DNA of 64,000 nt, from assembly GCF_000143415.4 (NCBI RefSeq), contig NW_003314335.1, positions 650,113-714,112 on the forward strand, in the 5' to 3' direction. Positions 23,346 to 35,404 of this stretch are shown here, one piece after another. Below the pieces are notes generated by a model. The model worked only from the letters and a program-made list of their open reading frames with translations, ran no database searches and was not told the DNA's origin. The DNA is from Selaginella moellendorffii (taxonomy: Eukaryota > Plantae > Lycopodiophyta). Every line of letters starts with the position of its first letter. The first letter of the stretch is position 1. The translations under genes and the position numbers were made by a program.

Positions 23346-23709
23346 AGCGTTTTGGTGTTGTTGCCAAAACCGAAAGAAGGAATTCAAAGCTAAAAGTACG
23401 TGGCGTTTTTTTCCAGTTTTTCATATTATCACCTACCGATAGAGCAATGGAGGTATAAACCGTCCTGGAACCTGGACGGGAATGTAGTTGTCACGGCTGC
23501 AAGAGCGTTGTAGCGCTGCTCCCTCAGCCTCCTGCAACTCGTGCACCAGTAAATCTTTGTGCTGCTGGTGACTGTCGAAGAGAACAATCGGTGGGCGATT
23601 GCCAAAGGCAAGTGGACAAGTTTATGGAAGACACGTTGTAAATTTTGACCTAGTTTGGGTTTTTTTTATCCTAATTAAATGAGTAGTTTTCTTCTCATTT
23701 TTTAGTGCA

Positions 23710-23711
<2 letters not shown>

Positions 23712-23750
<39 letters not shown>
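23712..23750. repeat. (AT)n microsatellite
   Basis: About 19 AT units directly after the right inverted repeat. Confidence 0.95.
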
Positions 23751-23755
<5 letters not shown>

Positions 23756-24405
23756 TACACTAGTTATAATAATATAGCATATAAATTATTCATTTGGGAT
23801 TGAATTTAGTCTATGGATTCTTGTATATAAGAAGTCTATCTCGACCACTAAGAACATGAGTTTTTTCTCAGAGAATTTATATTAAATGATATAGGTTTTT
23901 TCAATATCATTAAGGTTTTTTACCTAGAATAAAAGAATGAATTTAATTAGTATAAACTTGAATTACAAAATAGAAATATTTAATTTAAATAAAATTTCTA
24001 TGAATATTGATAAGAAAAGAGAAAAAAACAATGGGATAATTAATAATGGTAATTCTATAATATAAAATTTAATAATTTTCAGAGATCATCTTGGAAGATT
24101 ATTATATATTGTTTATATTACACCTACCCAAAAATACCATATCCCAAAAATGGAACGAGAATGTTGTTTGAAATTATTTTATAACTCCATTTTTGTGACC
24201 TCATATAGCAATATGAAAATTAATTGTTCATTTAACTGTTTTTAAAAAATTGTTAGAAATTTATATATTTTGAATATTAAAGATTTCTACTGAAAATATA
24301 ATTTTAATACATTCATTAAGGCTAATTTGAGAAAACTAATTGAAATAAAAATACCTTTTTATTCTTATGATACATTCACATGATCTATTTATTCTATGAA
24401 GTCAT

Positions 24406-26160
24406 GTGATGAATGAAGTGGTTGCTTTGAACAAAAAAATTCAACTCTATGGAAGCATTGGAAATGTGGATTCTGCTCGTGCAGTGTTTGATTCCATAGT
24501 GTCCAAAGATGCATTTTCCTGGGTGTGCTTGATATGCTCATATGCCCAAAACGGGTATCTACGACATGCAAAATGGGCCTTCGACAAAATGCCATCACCC
24601 AATCTCGTCTCTTACACCGCAATGCTCAGTGCATACGCGAGAAACGGTCAAATCGATCAGGCCAAAAGTATGTTTGATGCAATGCCACAACACAATATTG
24701 TAGCTTGGGACGCAATCGTATCAGCATTAGCCCAAAGCGGGCATTTTGAAGAGGCGCGGGAGACCGCAGAAAAAATGCCCGAGCACGGGGTTTTCACTTG
24801 GACATCACTGCTCAACTCCTGTGCCCGCGAGGGCGACCTCGCGGGAGCGCGAGAAATCTTTGCGGTGATGCTCGAGCACCATCTCATCTCCTGGAACGCG
24901 ATGCTCACTGCGTGCTCGAGCGCCGGAGAGTGTGAGCAGGCGGAGTGTGTCTTTGATTCCATGCCGGAGCGAGACCTTGTATCCTGGAATGCGATGATCA
25001 CAACATACTGCCACTGCGATTCCTTTGCACTCGCCATGAAAGTTTTTCGCGAGATGCCCGCGTGTAACATAATATCCTGGAGCACAATACTTGCCGGAAG
25101 TGCTGGAAGTGGACACTTGGAAGAAACAAAAAAAATCTTTGAGTGCATGCCCATGCACAACCTCGTTTCATGTACCACGATGCTTGCGGCATATTCCCAA
25201 GCCGGGCATCTTTCTCTTGCGAGAAAGTTATTCGACTCTATTGCCCACAAAGACGTGGTTGTGTGGACGGCTATGATGGCAGCGTACGCTGACAACGGCC
25301 ATCTTGACCAGGCAAAACGTTTATTCGACGAGATTCCCCGTACAAATATCGTGACTTGGAATATTCTTCTTGCAGCATATGCCGGTGATGGGCAAATTGA
25401 AGTGTTGAAATGTTTGTTTGACAAGACGCCATGCCAAGGAATATTCTCTTGGAACTCTCTTTTGTACGGTTATGCTCGTTCCGGGTATCTATCTGACGTA
25501 GAGCAAACGTTTCGCTGGATGCCGGGTTGGAACTTAATGTCCTGGAATATTTTGCTAACGGCATATGCCCAGACTGGGCATCTTTTGGATTGCGAGTCTT
25601 TGTTCCAGGGAATGAATACTCGCGACTCAGTCTCTTGGAACGCTCTTCTTGGCGCTCAAGCCCAAGCCGGGCAATTGCAACAGTGCAAGAGAACTTTTCT
25701 CTCGATGCCCGAGAGAAGCTTGGTGTCTTGGAACACAATGCTCACTGCCACCATCCACAAAGGAGATCTTTCTCACGCCTTCCAAGCCTTTCATTCCGCC
25801 AAGCTCTTGGAGCTCCCGGACGACATAAGCTTCGCCTTGATCCTGGTAGCATGCAGTAGAACTGGGAAGCTTTTCGATGGAAGGTCTCTGTTTCTGTCGA
25901 TGGTGGTGGATTTCGGATTGGAGCCGACGATGCAGCACTACTGCTGCATGGTTGATCTGCTGGGACGCGCTGGCTTCGTCGAGGATGCGCAGGAGCTCAT
26001 CGCCACAATGCCGTGCCTTCCAAATGCCGCGGTGTGGGGATGCCTGCTTGGGGCTTGCCGGAGTCAGCAGAGCTCGAAAGTCGGCGCTCGAGCGGCGAAG
26101 TTTGTCCAGCAGGACGCTGCGTTTCTGCTGCTTGCCAACATTTACTCGCTTGACAAGTAG
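24406..26160 (+). CDS. PLS-class PPR protein dominated by short (S-type, about 31 aa) repeats, ending in a truncated E domain
   Basis: Repeats of FxxMPxxNLVSWxxMLxAYA; end HYCCMVDLLGRAG...PNAAVWGCLLGAC...FLLLANIYS*. Confidence 0.9.
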   Translation: MMNEVVALNKKIQLYGSIGNVDSARAVFDSIVSKDAFSWVCLICSYAQNGYLRHAKWAFDKMPSPNLVSYTAMLSAYARNGQIDQAKSMFDAMPQHNIVAWDAIVSALAQSGHFEEARETAEKMPEHGVFTWTSLLNSCAREGDLAGAREIFAVMLEHHLISWNAMLTACSSAGECEQAECVFDSMPERDLVSWNAMITTYCHCDSFALAMKVFREMPACNIISWSTILAGSAGSGHLEETKKIFECMPMHNLVSCTTMLAAYSQAGHLSLARKLFDSIAHKDVVVWTAMMAAYADNGHLDQAKRLFDEIPRTNIVTWNILLAAYAGDGQIEVLKCLFDKTPCQGIFSWNSLLYGYARSGYLSDVEQTFRWMPGWNLMSWNILLTAYAQTGHLLDCESLFQGMNTRDSVSWNALLGAQAQAGQLQQCKRTFLSMPERSLVSWNTMLTATIHKGDLSHAFQAFHSAKLLELPDDISFALILVACSRTGKLFDGRSLFLSMVVDFGLEPTMQHYCCMVDLLGRAGFVEDAQELIATMPCLPNAAVWGCLLGACRSQQSSKVGARAAKFVQQDAAFLLLANIYSLDK

Positions 26161-26311
26161 ATGATAATCACGTAACAAGGAGAAGGAGAAGTTTAATCGA
26201 GACAACTGGATACTGGAGGAGATCTCCGTTCTAGCGTTCTGATTATGCAAACATCAACAAAGGCGAAGGAGAAGTTTAATCGAGCGAACTGACCTCGAGC
26301 GAGTTGCGTTT

Positions 26312-29300
26312 CTACTGGAGGACATAAATGAGATCTCCGCTGTGAAGCAGTGTGTCATAGGCCGGGTTCGTGCTCACATAAGCGACTGGAGAGTTGTGCG
26401 TCCCAACCGGGCGGTAGAGTCCCAGAGCGAGCGCCTTTTCGTTGTGCAAGAGCCCCTGGAACAGCTGCTGGAAGCTGAGGCCGACGTAGCAGCTTGGGAT
26501 CGGAATTTGCTCGAGCCTCCGTATGGAGTTTTCGTCACCGTCTTCGTCCTCTCCGGTGTGTCGCCCGCAAGAGAGCTGCTCGATGATTGAGACGGAGTTC
26601 CTGTTGAAAAACGTGGCGTACCTGAGGATCCATGAAGACTCAGAAAGTATTCTCGAGAAAAGGAGGACTTACGTTAGGAATGTGAATGCTGCCGGGCAAA
26701 GTCCCTTGCCTTCGGCGAATGGTGGTGCAAACTGTAACCTCGCGTCACGGTCTCTTTGCAACGTTTTTGGCTGGAATTGCACGGTGTGGTTCCGGGAATG
26801 TGGTCGGAGGAATTGCAGCTGGATCTCTTGTTGGAGTTCAACCAGCACACGGTTTCTGGCCGGGCTTAGAAGGCGCTCGACGTTCGCAGTTATGACGATG
26901 TTCTTCACGTCCAGAGTGTTCACTGTAGGCGACACAGCTCCTGCTGCGTCGTCAACTGGTTGGAAGTCGTCCTCGAAGCCTTGCGTGAGGATTACCACCT
27001 TCTCTGCTAGATTAAAACGAGTTAAATCGAATACCTTTAGCAGAGACGAAATCTTACCCGCTTGCAAAACTCCAGCACGAACCAAGTCTAGCTCGTACAA
27101 AGCCGAGCCTTTCACAAAGTAGACGTCCACAAACAATCCCACGCATCCCCAGTCCGCGGCAGTCGGTGTGCTTGGGTGCATGATCACAAGTGGCATCTGC
27201 GGCATCGTTGGAATCCGTAAGTTGCAGATGAAGTAGAAGAGATTTAGTGGCCAGTTTCCTTCGATGCACAGTAGAATGTGAGGAAAGGATAAAACCACTA
27301 CGTTTATCGTCTTCTCCCGCAGGTTTTCCAGTATCGTGTCTTCCCTTCTTTCCAAAACCGGTCGCTCGGGCTTATCCCACTTCCTCAAAGGTGGCCAACT
27401 CATTGCCATATCTATGGCTTCCTCCAGCGAAGCAACGAACTTTACTTTTGAGTGGCCTTCTTCTTCAACCGAATCGATAGACGAGTAGAAGGGACGAAAA
27501 TGGCCTTGAAAATCCGTTCTTGTACCTGGCCTGGTGGAATCCTTTTTGTCGTCATACAAATGGTCGTCAGTTGTCGTCCTCTTGGTCCGTCGCCCCCTAT
27601 CCCTGCTTTTAAAGCCAGTTTCCACGTCCTGCCGGCTTCCCTTCACGCTTCTAAGAATCCCGTGGTCTTCTTCATGCTTAAATTTACCAGATGATCTTCG
27701 GCGTGCTTTACCGTATTCTGAAATACGTTCCGCCATCTCTAAGTCCTTCGCAATGACCAAGCCAAGGTCGGATGGCTTAATTCTACGGCCCCGTGGATAG
27801 AGTCGCACTACACGGAGCTTATTTTCAAGTATAATGTCAAGGCCAATAAGAACTGCATGGTACTTGAGGTACACAATTTCAGCCGCCTGAAAGAAAAGAT
27901 CACTATGTGAAGTTCAAAGTTATCTGTACAAACCTCTTCAAAAGTCAGTTTCTCTTCGAAAAAGCAAGCCGGTAATATAGCTGGAAAGATCTCCTGCCGA
28001 ACACCATAGCAGTACTCTGTCATCCAGTGGTCAGCGTGTGAATGTCTCAGCAATAACCCCGAACGAAAAAGGTTGATTACAAGAGTTGAAAACCCCTGAA
28101 TAAGACAGCTGAAACGAAAACAAGAGTCATGCTTTGAGGTAAAGCTCAGACTGTACCTTCGAGCTAAAAGTTGAAAGCGGACTGCCTCAGGACAAATAAT
28201 TTCAATACCAGCCTCAGTTTCATCCCAAATAGCATTATTGTAGTTTTCAGGTTTTAGCAGCTCCACGATCACTCTCACCTTCGAACCACAATGACGATGA
28301 ACGGAAAGAGTCCGGGTTATTTGAGCCGCGTCTTCCGCATCAAAATCCTGAGAGTGGTTTCATGGTCAGTGCCAAGAATTATAGTGATTGCCTGCACCTT
28401 CGCATGCTCATCCGCAAGTAAGAATACCGCTGTTGCAAAAGTAGCACAAACACGATCTAAATCGGACTCTTTTATAGGAGTTCCTTCAATGAAGTTGACT
28501 CGTCCTCGGTAATGCGTCAGAAGTGTCTTCATCTCATACCTGCAAAGCTTGATAATTAGAAACATAATATTCACCAGCGCACATACGAAGGTTTGAAAGG
28601 TGCCATGATAACAACTCGAATAGGAAACGCTGCCATGTCTATTCGCAAAAAAATAAAAAATGAGAACATCACTGCATCACCTTACTTACCTTTATCGTGG
28701 TTAGGATGATAGAATCCAGCTAGGAAGTGCCGAATTGTTTGAAGGGATACATTTCCGCTGATGACGATAAAGTTAGACCCAACCGCCTTTTGCATCGTAA
28801 ATCTTCCTCCATAAGGTCTGCATAAAACGATGATGAGTGAGTTAATTAACTCGACAACATACCTGCGAGAGGCAAGCTGTAGAATTCTGTTGATTTGCAC
28901 TGGAAGAATAAGTACAGCAGCAAGCATGATAGTGAGAGTAATTAGCCGTCCCCAGTTTGACTTTGGCGTGAAGTCTCCATACCCAACGGTGGTAATCTAG
29001 AAAAGAAACTCAAGTGAAAAACAATGAACTAAACTTCTTACCGTCACAATCACAAAATAAAAAGCATCATAAAAGGTAAAACATCCCGAGACACCACAAC
29101 CTTGCTGTATTTTCTTATCCGCCGATGTAGTTTTATATTCCACCCACTGAAGTATGCCAGCGGCAATAAAAACTGCATGCAAATAAAGAAGAGATTTTGA
29201 AAGAACTTAGCTTGAACCTACCAGCACCGAGTGTGTACATTACGAGAAGAAAAATTTGCTGGCCAATTGTACCACCGACGATCACAAACGAAGTGAGGGA

Positions 29301-30380
29301 AGGTAGAATCCTGAACAATAGAAAACACATATACTCTACATTACAGATGTTTAAAATAAAAGCATACGCTAACCTCAAGGCTCGAAGGACCAGTAGCATT
29401 TGAGGGATAGCACCATCGTTCTTAAATTTGCTGCAAGCATAATTGAACGAATCAGTTGCAGATGTTCTTCCTTGACAAAACCAACCTCCAGAGGCAAACA
29501 ATTGACAAGGTGCTGCTGAGGTCGATGAGGCCACTTACGGATATAACGTAGTACAGTCGGACAGGAGCGCTGCACAAATATGTTAGTAATAATCCATAAT
29601 CCAGGATTTCTGTAGCATGATACCTATAGAGCTTTAAGAGATAATCTGCGACGAAGAAAAGACCAAAAACTCGCCTCACGATCACAATCCAATGAGTCGA
29701 CGAGAGTATATAGCTAATGAAACAGGATAAAGCTGTCAAGTTTGAAGGATTAACCGACTTACGTCGATCGCACATAAGCAACAACAGATACAACTGCTGC
29801 AATGAATTCTATCTGCGTATCAAGGAATTATCAGACAATTGCTACAGAATGTTTAGCTTACACAGAGTAGAATATGGCCGAGAGTACCACTGCGAATCGC
29901 TGTTCTCACTTTGATTGTCAATGGAACAGTGCCGTATAGGTACAGATTGTGGTATCTGGCAAGAACATCCTTTCCACAGAGAAAAAGAAACAAACGATTC
30001 CACATCCAGAAGACATAGAGAGTGCTTACCTCAGTGGCATTAACTTCCTTTTCCTTCGTTTGATCTTTGAGCCAGAGGAGACTTTGCAGCAGCACATACT
30101 TGACAGAGCCTCTAAACTTCCCGAGCGATGACTCCTCAGGGACCTTGTTCTCGCGCTCCCTCGGCAAAGAGAATTCCGCATGCTTGGCTTCCAAATCGAA
30201 CTCCAAGTCATCCTCCAAAACAGGTGTGCACTGGCCAGTGGGAGTGATGAGCAGCGTCCGAGAGCGAGTGAGAGACTTTGTTCCAGCGCGAGTGGCATTC
30301 ATTCCACTGCTATCCAGAGCTGGAACAGTAACCTCCACCATCTTGGACCTCTCAAGAAATCCCATGTTCTCGTTGTCCAT
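26312..30380 (-). CDS. BK/Slo-family large-conductance K+ channel alpha subunit, multi-exon; possible extra 5' exons up to about 30819
   Basis: S4 LLVLRALRIL, pore FYDAFYFVIVT|ITTVGYGDFTPKSNWGR, RCK1 (IVISGNV, FYHP, FIEGTP...DLDRV), RCK2 (YFVKGSAL..LDLVRAGV, PPFAEG), C-terminal LGLYRP...YVSTNP...GDLIYVL*. Confidence 0.9.
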
Positions 30381-31203
30381 ATCACTCCTGGAAAAAAATT
30401 AACAAAAGGAGAAATCAGTTCTAAAGTTTCCAAACAAATCCAGGCAGCTAAATCAATCACCGGCCATATCTCAAGACAGCGTCGGAGAATGCTTTTCGCA
30501 TTTTTCTGTGTTGCAGCTCACAAGAATTATCCCTCTGACACGAGCGCAAGCAAAAACAATGTCTCTGCTAACTCCCAGTATGTCAAAGCCAAAAGGCTTT
30601 AAAGTCTCCAAGGAAAGAACTTACTGGCGAGGATTCCTTCGTACGCTGGTCCAGGGTGCCATCCTTGTCCAACGCTGTGACGCCAGGAAACATACCTTTC
30701 ATATGGTTCACTGAAAAAAATAGAGAGCTATGGCTTAGCTAGAGGCCAAAGCTTATAGAACAAACAGACCTTTGCCGGTGCCAATGCTGCGACGCGACAA
30801 ATCCTCTCACATCTTCCATGACGATGACCGATTCGATTAGCCGATGTGATTCACGAGGAACGATCCATCACAGTTAGCTCACCTTCCTAAACCCTGGACT
30901 AGGGCTCTTGCTGCGCGCGATTCAAATCGCTCACCGGCGCGCGAATCAATCCGGGGCGTGGCGCTGGAAGATCGTGGAGCTGGAGCGGGAACGATCGATC
31001 GAGGGGCGCGCGCGATCCAATCGACCGTCGCGACAGTCAATAATATCGCCAAGGCGCAGCATCATCATTCGCTTCGTGTGAACAATGGAATGGAAGAGCT
31101 ATGAAATCGAATATTCGCGAATTATTATATAACTGACCGTTTATTAGCAGCATTTAAAGCTCTGCCACGATCGTTACTCTATAGATCGCATTCTTTGATT
31201 CGA

Positions 31204-32361
31204 TCACGCCGATCCAGCTACAATACCACCGATTCTACCAGCGTCGAAAATTTCAATCCAGTAACCATCTGGATCCTTGATGAACGCTAGACCCTTCATT
31301 GATCCTGTCAAGAAAAAGAGATTTCCATGAATACCAGCGAACGCGATTCTAGTTTTTTCACGTACCATCGTCCGGTTTCTTCACAAACTCCACGCCAAGT
31401 TTCTCGAATCTCTCGCAAGCCCTGTAGGTGTCGTCCACAGAGATTCCAATGTGCCCTTTACAAGATCACAAGGTTTTCCCTTTTGAGAGAAAGAAGAAAA
31501 GTGAAAGAGAGATTCGGGGTCTACCATAGCCGCGAGGATCAGCATTTCCATTGTGGTAGCCTTTAAACTCTGGATCCGTCTCAGTCCCCCAGTTGCTACA
31601 ATGCCCAACACATACGATTAGAAGAAAACAATCTCTCCAACATTACGTACTGTGTCAGTTCTATGGTTGCTTTCCTCCTGAAAGTCCAGCGAACACGCTC
31701 GATCGGGTCTTTTGGAGCCTCGGCCGAATCCTGCATCAAAGAAAGAAAAAGAAACTTTCATTGTGCTAAGTCCAACACTTCGAGGACCTCGTATCCTACG
31801 AAGTATAGCGAGAACTTCGAATCCGGGAAGTCTAGCCTTTTCAAAAGCCTGAGATTCGAAAGTTTTTGTCAGTACAAACTATCCAGATCAAAGTACTTAC
31901 GTCATTCCAAGGACGCGCGAGTAGAAATCCAAGCTCGCTTTTGGATCCTTGATCCGATACATCTATAAAGATGAACGATATAAAGGATGGAAGCTTTTAG
32001 ACAAGAAAGAGAATGTAGCAATGGACAAAAGTGAAAAAACGTGGCACTCACAGTTTGCTGCACGATATAGCCTTTGGTTGCCTCATCCGGTGATTCACTC
32101 AAGCCGGGATTATTCTCCGCCGATTCCTTAGATGCCGTGGTAGCCATCGCTCGATTCCTTAGCTGCATTCTCACAGATCAGCATGCTCCGTGACCGGAAA
32201 TCCCAATCGACGCACAACCTATCGGTGAGAACCTTAAGATTACGCGATGCGCAGCCGAATTGCCCCAATCCACGCGGTAGATGCCTGGCGCGCAAGGATT
32301 CCAGCAAGGAGCAACTAGAAGCGAAGGAAATCTTTGAGAATGCAGTGGCCGATCCAGCCAT
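31204..32361 (-). CDS. GLXI: Glyoxalase I (lactoylglutathione lyase, eukaryotic Zn-type) with an N-terminal targeting extension
   Basis: Spliced product [71 protein letters not shown]; second in-frame ATG at 32147. Confidence 0.92.
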
Positions 32362-32494
32362 GGCTATTCTCACCTGGAGGACGCCCAAGAACCCTAAAAG
32401 GGGAAAGAGTGCCGCTTAAACCCCAGAGGACAGGTAAACCCCATGTTAAGAAAGAAGTAGGTCGTGCGTGCTTTTCTCTCTCGCAAAGGCGGCA

Positions 32495-34610
32495 ATGTTG
32501 CGCCGCCTGATCAAGAATGCGGTGGATCGAAATCTCGCGCGACGATCGCCGCTCGGCACTGGCGCTGGCTATGCAGCGTTTCACGGCGGGAATGGTCTCT
32601 CGCAGCACAAGGTTTATCGATTCGGAGATACATTGATCCCGCTTATTCATTCTCGGTGTTTGTCAGGGGCTTGCTGAGAGGATTGTGCCCCGTGGAGTTC
32701 TTCCGCGAGCACCCTATAAGGTAATTCTTTCCCCCTTTGTCTAGAGATGATATTTTTCTATGCTCGGAATCTATTTTTTTGTGCATGCTTTTTGCTAGTC
32801 ATTTCTTGTGTGCTTTCGCATGGTTATGCCCACCTCGATTCCTCAAAACCTCATGGCAATTCATTTTGTATGCATTCGCAAAGATCGTCCTTCTTGTGTT
32901 TATATTCTTGTTTGTTTTGTGACACTTTGCTTGTAAGATCTTTTATACTCCAGCTCCAGCTCTTCCAAACTCCAGGATTCCTGTTTGTTTTGTGACACTT
33001 TGCTTGTAAGATCTCTTATACTCTGCTGCTTTTGCTTTCCAGCTTCTTCCAAACTCCAAACATTACTTTTACTGATTTTTTTCTTTGCGTTTCAGCTGTT
33101 TGGATGCCCGCTTTCCACTGGCGCAGTAAGCTTGGGCACGAAAGAGCTTGTTTCCGGTGGCAACGTTGCTCAAAAGGCCGTGTCAAGGTGGCTGTACGTG
33201 TGCTCCGGTTGGGTGTTCGGCATGGTTGTTCTTGGAGGAATGACCCGGCTGACGAGATCGGGGTTATCCATGACGGACTGGAAATTTACAGGGAGTCTGC
33301 CTCCTTTGTCGGCCGAAGAATGGGAGAAGGAATTCGATAAGTACAGACAGTCGCCCGAATACAGGACGTAAGTTAACTGGTTCTCTTCTTGCTTTGATTC
33401 ATATAGTAGCGCTCATGTATGTTTTGTCCTGCAGAGTTAACAAGGGAATGAGCTTGGACGAGTTCAAGTTTATCTACTGGATGGAGTACGCGCACCGGAT
33501 GTCCGGTAGAGCACTTGGTGTTGTGTTTGCGCTCCCCTTCGGCTATTTTCTCGTCAAAGGCTACATCACCAGGGAACTTGGAGCTCGACTTGGTGTGCTT
33601 CTTGCTATGGGTGCTGGACAGGGACTCGTTGGCTGGTGGATGGTTAAAAGCGGCCTTGAGGTACTGCGGTTCTGTCCTCCTTTTTCCTGCAAACTTTTAT
33701 CTCTCTTAGGAGCCTGCTACTGAAGGAGGTCACGCAAGAGTGAGCCCGTATCGCCTTGCTACGCACTTGGCATCAGCGTTCGTGATATACTCTGGATTAC
33801 TTTGGACAGCACTCTCTGTGGCTTCTCCCTCACCACCATCGCCACATCTCCCGCAAGTGGTGCTGCAATCAATGGCGAGGATGAGACGCTTGGTGCTTCC
33901 AGTTTCCGGGCTGGTTGGACTGACTGCCTTGTCCGGGGCCTTCGTCGCAGGAAACGATGCGGTAAAGTTCACAGTTCAATGACATGACCGAGAAAAATAC
34001 TTCTGTACAGGGACGCGCATTCAACACTTTTCCGAAAATGGGAGATGATTGGATTCCCGAGGGCATTCTTGCACTTCAGCCAACTATAAAGAATTTCTTC
34101 GAGAATACCGCAACCGTGCAGGTAAACGCCAAGCTTTTCCAATACTATATTCTTTGCCTCTTCTTTCCTAGCACCTTGTTTTCAACAGTTCAACCATCGT
34201 GTTCTTGCGACGACGACTTTGCTGAGCATCGGGGCCGTCTGGCTGGCCTCGAGAGGCCTCGCATTGCCAGGACCGGCGAGCAAACTCATCACAGGCGCGG
34301 TTCACATGACACTTCTCCAGGTTTGAAAATCATCTTTTCCTAGATTTAACTTCGCAAACTCGAACTTAACAGGTTAGTCTCGGAGTCTACGCACTGCTGA
34401 GTTACGTCCCAGTACACGCCGGTGTTGCTCACCAAGCTGGAGCTCTCACGCTCTTCACGATCATGGTCGCGCTAGCTCACACTCTCAGGCGCCCCTTTCG
34501 TGGAGTCACGGAGACCACAAGGCTGATGAATCGCCTCGGCCAAAGTAAGTATTTTTTGCGTTGTCTGTCTTTCTCGATCGTTTCTAACGCTTGAATCTCT
34601 CGCAGTCTAA
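32495..34610 (+). CDS. COX15: Heme A synthase COX15, multi-exon
   Basis: MVVLGGMTRLTRSGLSMTDWK, FKFIYWMEYAHR, QGLVGWWMVKSGL, RVSPYRLATHL, SGAFVAGNDAGRAFNTFPKMG, VQFNHR, HQAG. Confidence 0.95.
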
Positions 34611-35404
34611 ATCACTTTCTCGATCGCTTCTAACGCTTGTATCCCTCGCAAACTTCTCTCGAGATTTTTTTTTGTCTCTTCTCTCTTTTTGTTCCTGGCA
34701 TTCATGGAAGCTCTTTTTTTAACGTCTAGCTCAAAAGCTCCAACCGCAAAGTCCAAGGCCCGAATCTCATGCGTAGCTTTCACTTCATAGTGGCCTTTGC
34801 CTTTGTAAACATGATGTAAATATTCCATCGGCCCCCTCGACGGCTAGGATGGGCGCAGGAATCTTTCATCGTACTGTCATGATTGGTGGACACGTGGCAG
34901 CATCCCATTTGTTTCAAGATGCACCATCCTACGGTACAAAGACGCGGGAAGGGAAATTTCCCCCTATTTTGGCAGGTTTAGGGTTAATTAAGCGTGCTGG
35001 TATATAAACTCGTGGTGAGGGCACGGTGTGCGCGAGTGGAAGGAATTCTTTTGCGCTAGGGCGGTCAGGTCAGTGGCGATCGCCGCCAAATTCAGGGCTT
35101 CGATCGCTTCGATCTTCGCGTCGTCGCGATCCCGGCGCATCGAAATTCGATTCATTTGAGCTCCAGCGGGCCAGGATTTCAGGTATGGCGCTCTCACGGA
35201 TCGAATGCGCGATCTTATTCTCGTCCTGTTTGGATTCTAAAGACTTTTTTTGACAGGTAGCTAGAAAAGAACGATGAAAATAATGGGTGGAGTTATTTTC
35301 TTCCCAGTGGTGGAAGATTTCGATCCCGCTTTGGGCAAAGGCTTCTACTTTGATTCGTAGCAGTCGCTCCCTCGCGCCGGCGCTGTCCGTGGGCGCTTTC
35401 CGTG

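Larger units (their letters stand above)
20149..23708. mobile_element. Putative Pack-type non-autonomous DNA element with long imperfect terminal inverted repeats
   Basis: 20149-20293 is the reverse complement of 23531-23708 (e.g. cagcacaaagatttactggtgcacgagttgcagg / cctgcaactcgtgcaccagtaaatctttgtgctg); ends tgcactaaa...tttagtgca; interior holds unrelated gene fragments; no clear TSD. Confidence 0.55.

Noticed and set aside
20151-23707. Firm classification as a CACTA transposon from the CACTA...TAGTG ends
   Set aside because: The 3-bp flanks (atg/caa) do not match and no subterminal repeats are seen; kept only as an unclassified Pack-type candidate
26182-26339. Duplicated gaaggagaagtttaatcgag...tactggagga...gatctccg between the PPR and BK stops
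   Set aside because: Small local duplication with no evidence of function
32908-33012. Short direct repeats in a COX15 intron (also 34572-34649)
   Set aside because: Two-copy slippage duplications, not an array or element
18317-34610. SCO1 and COX15 as a cytochrome oxidase assembly cluster
   Set aside because: 13 kb apart with several unrelated genes between them; chance is sufficient
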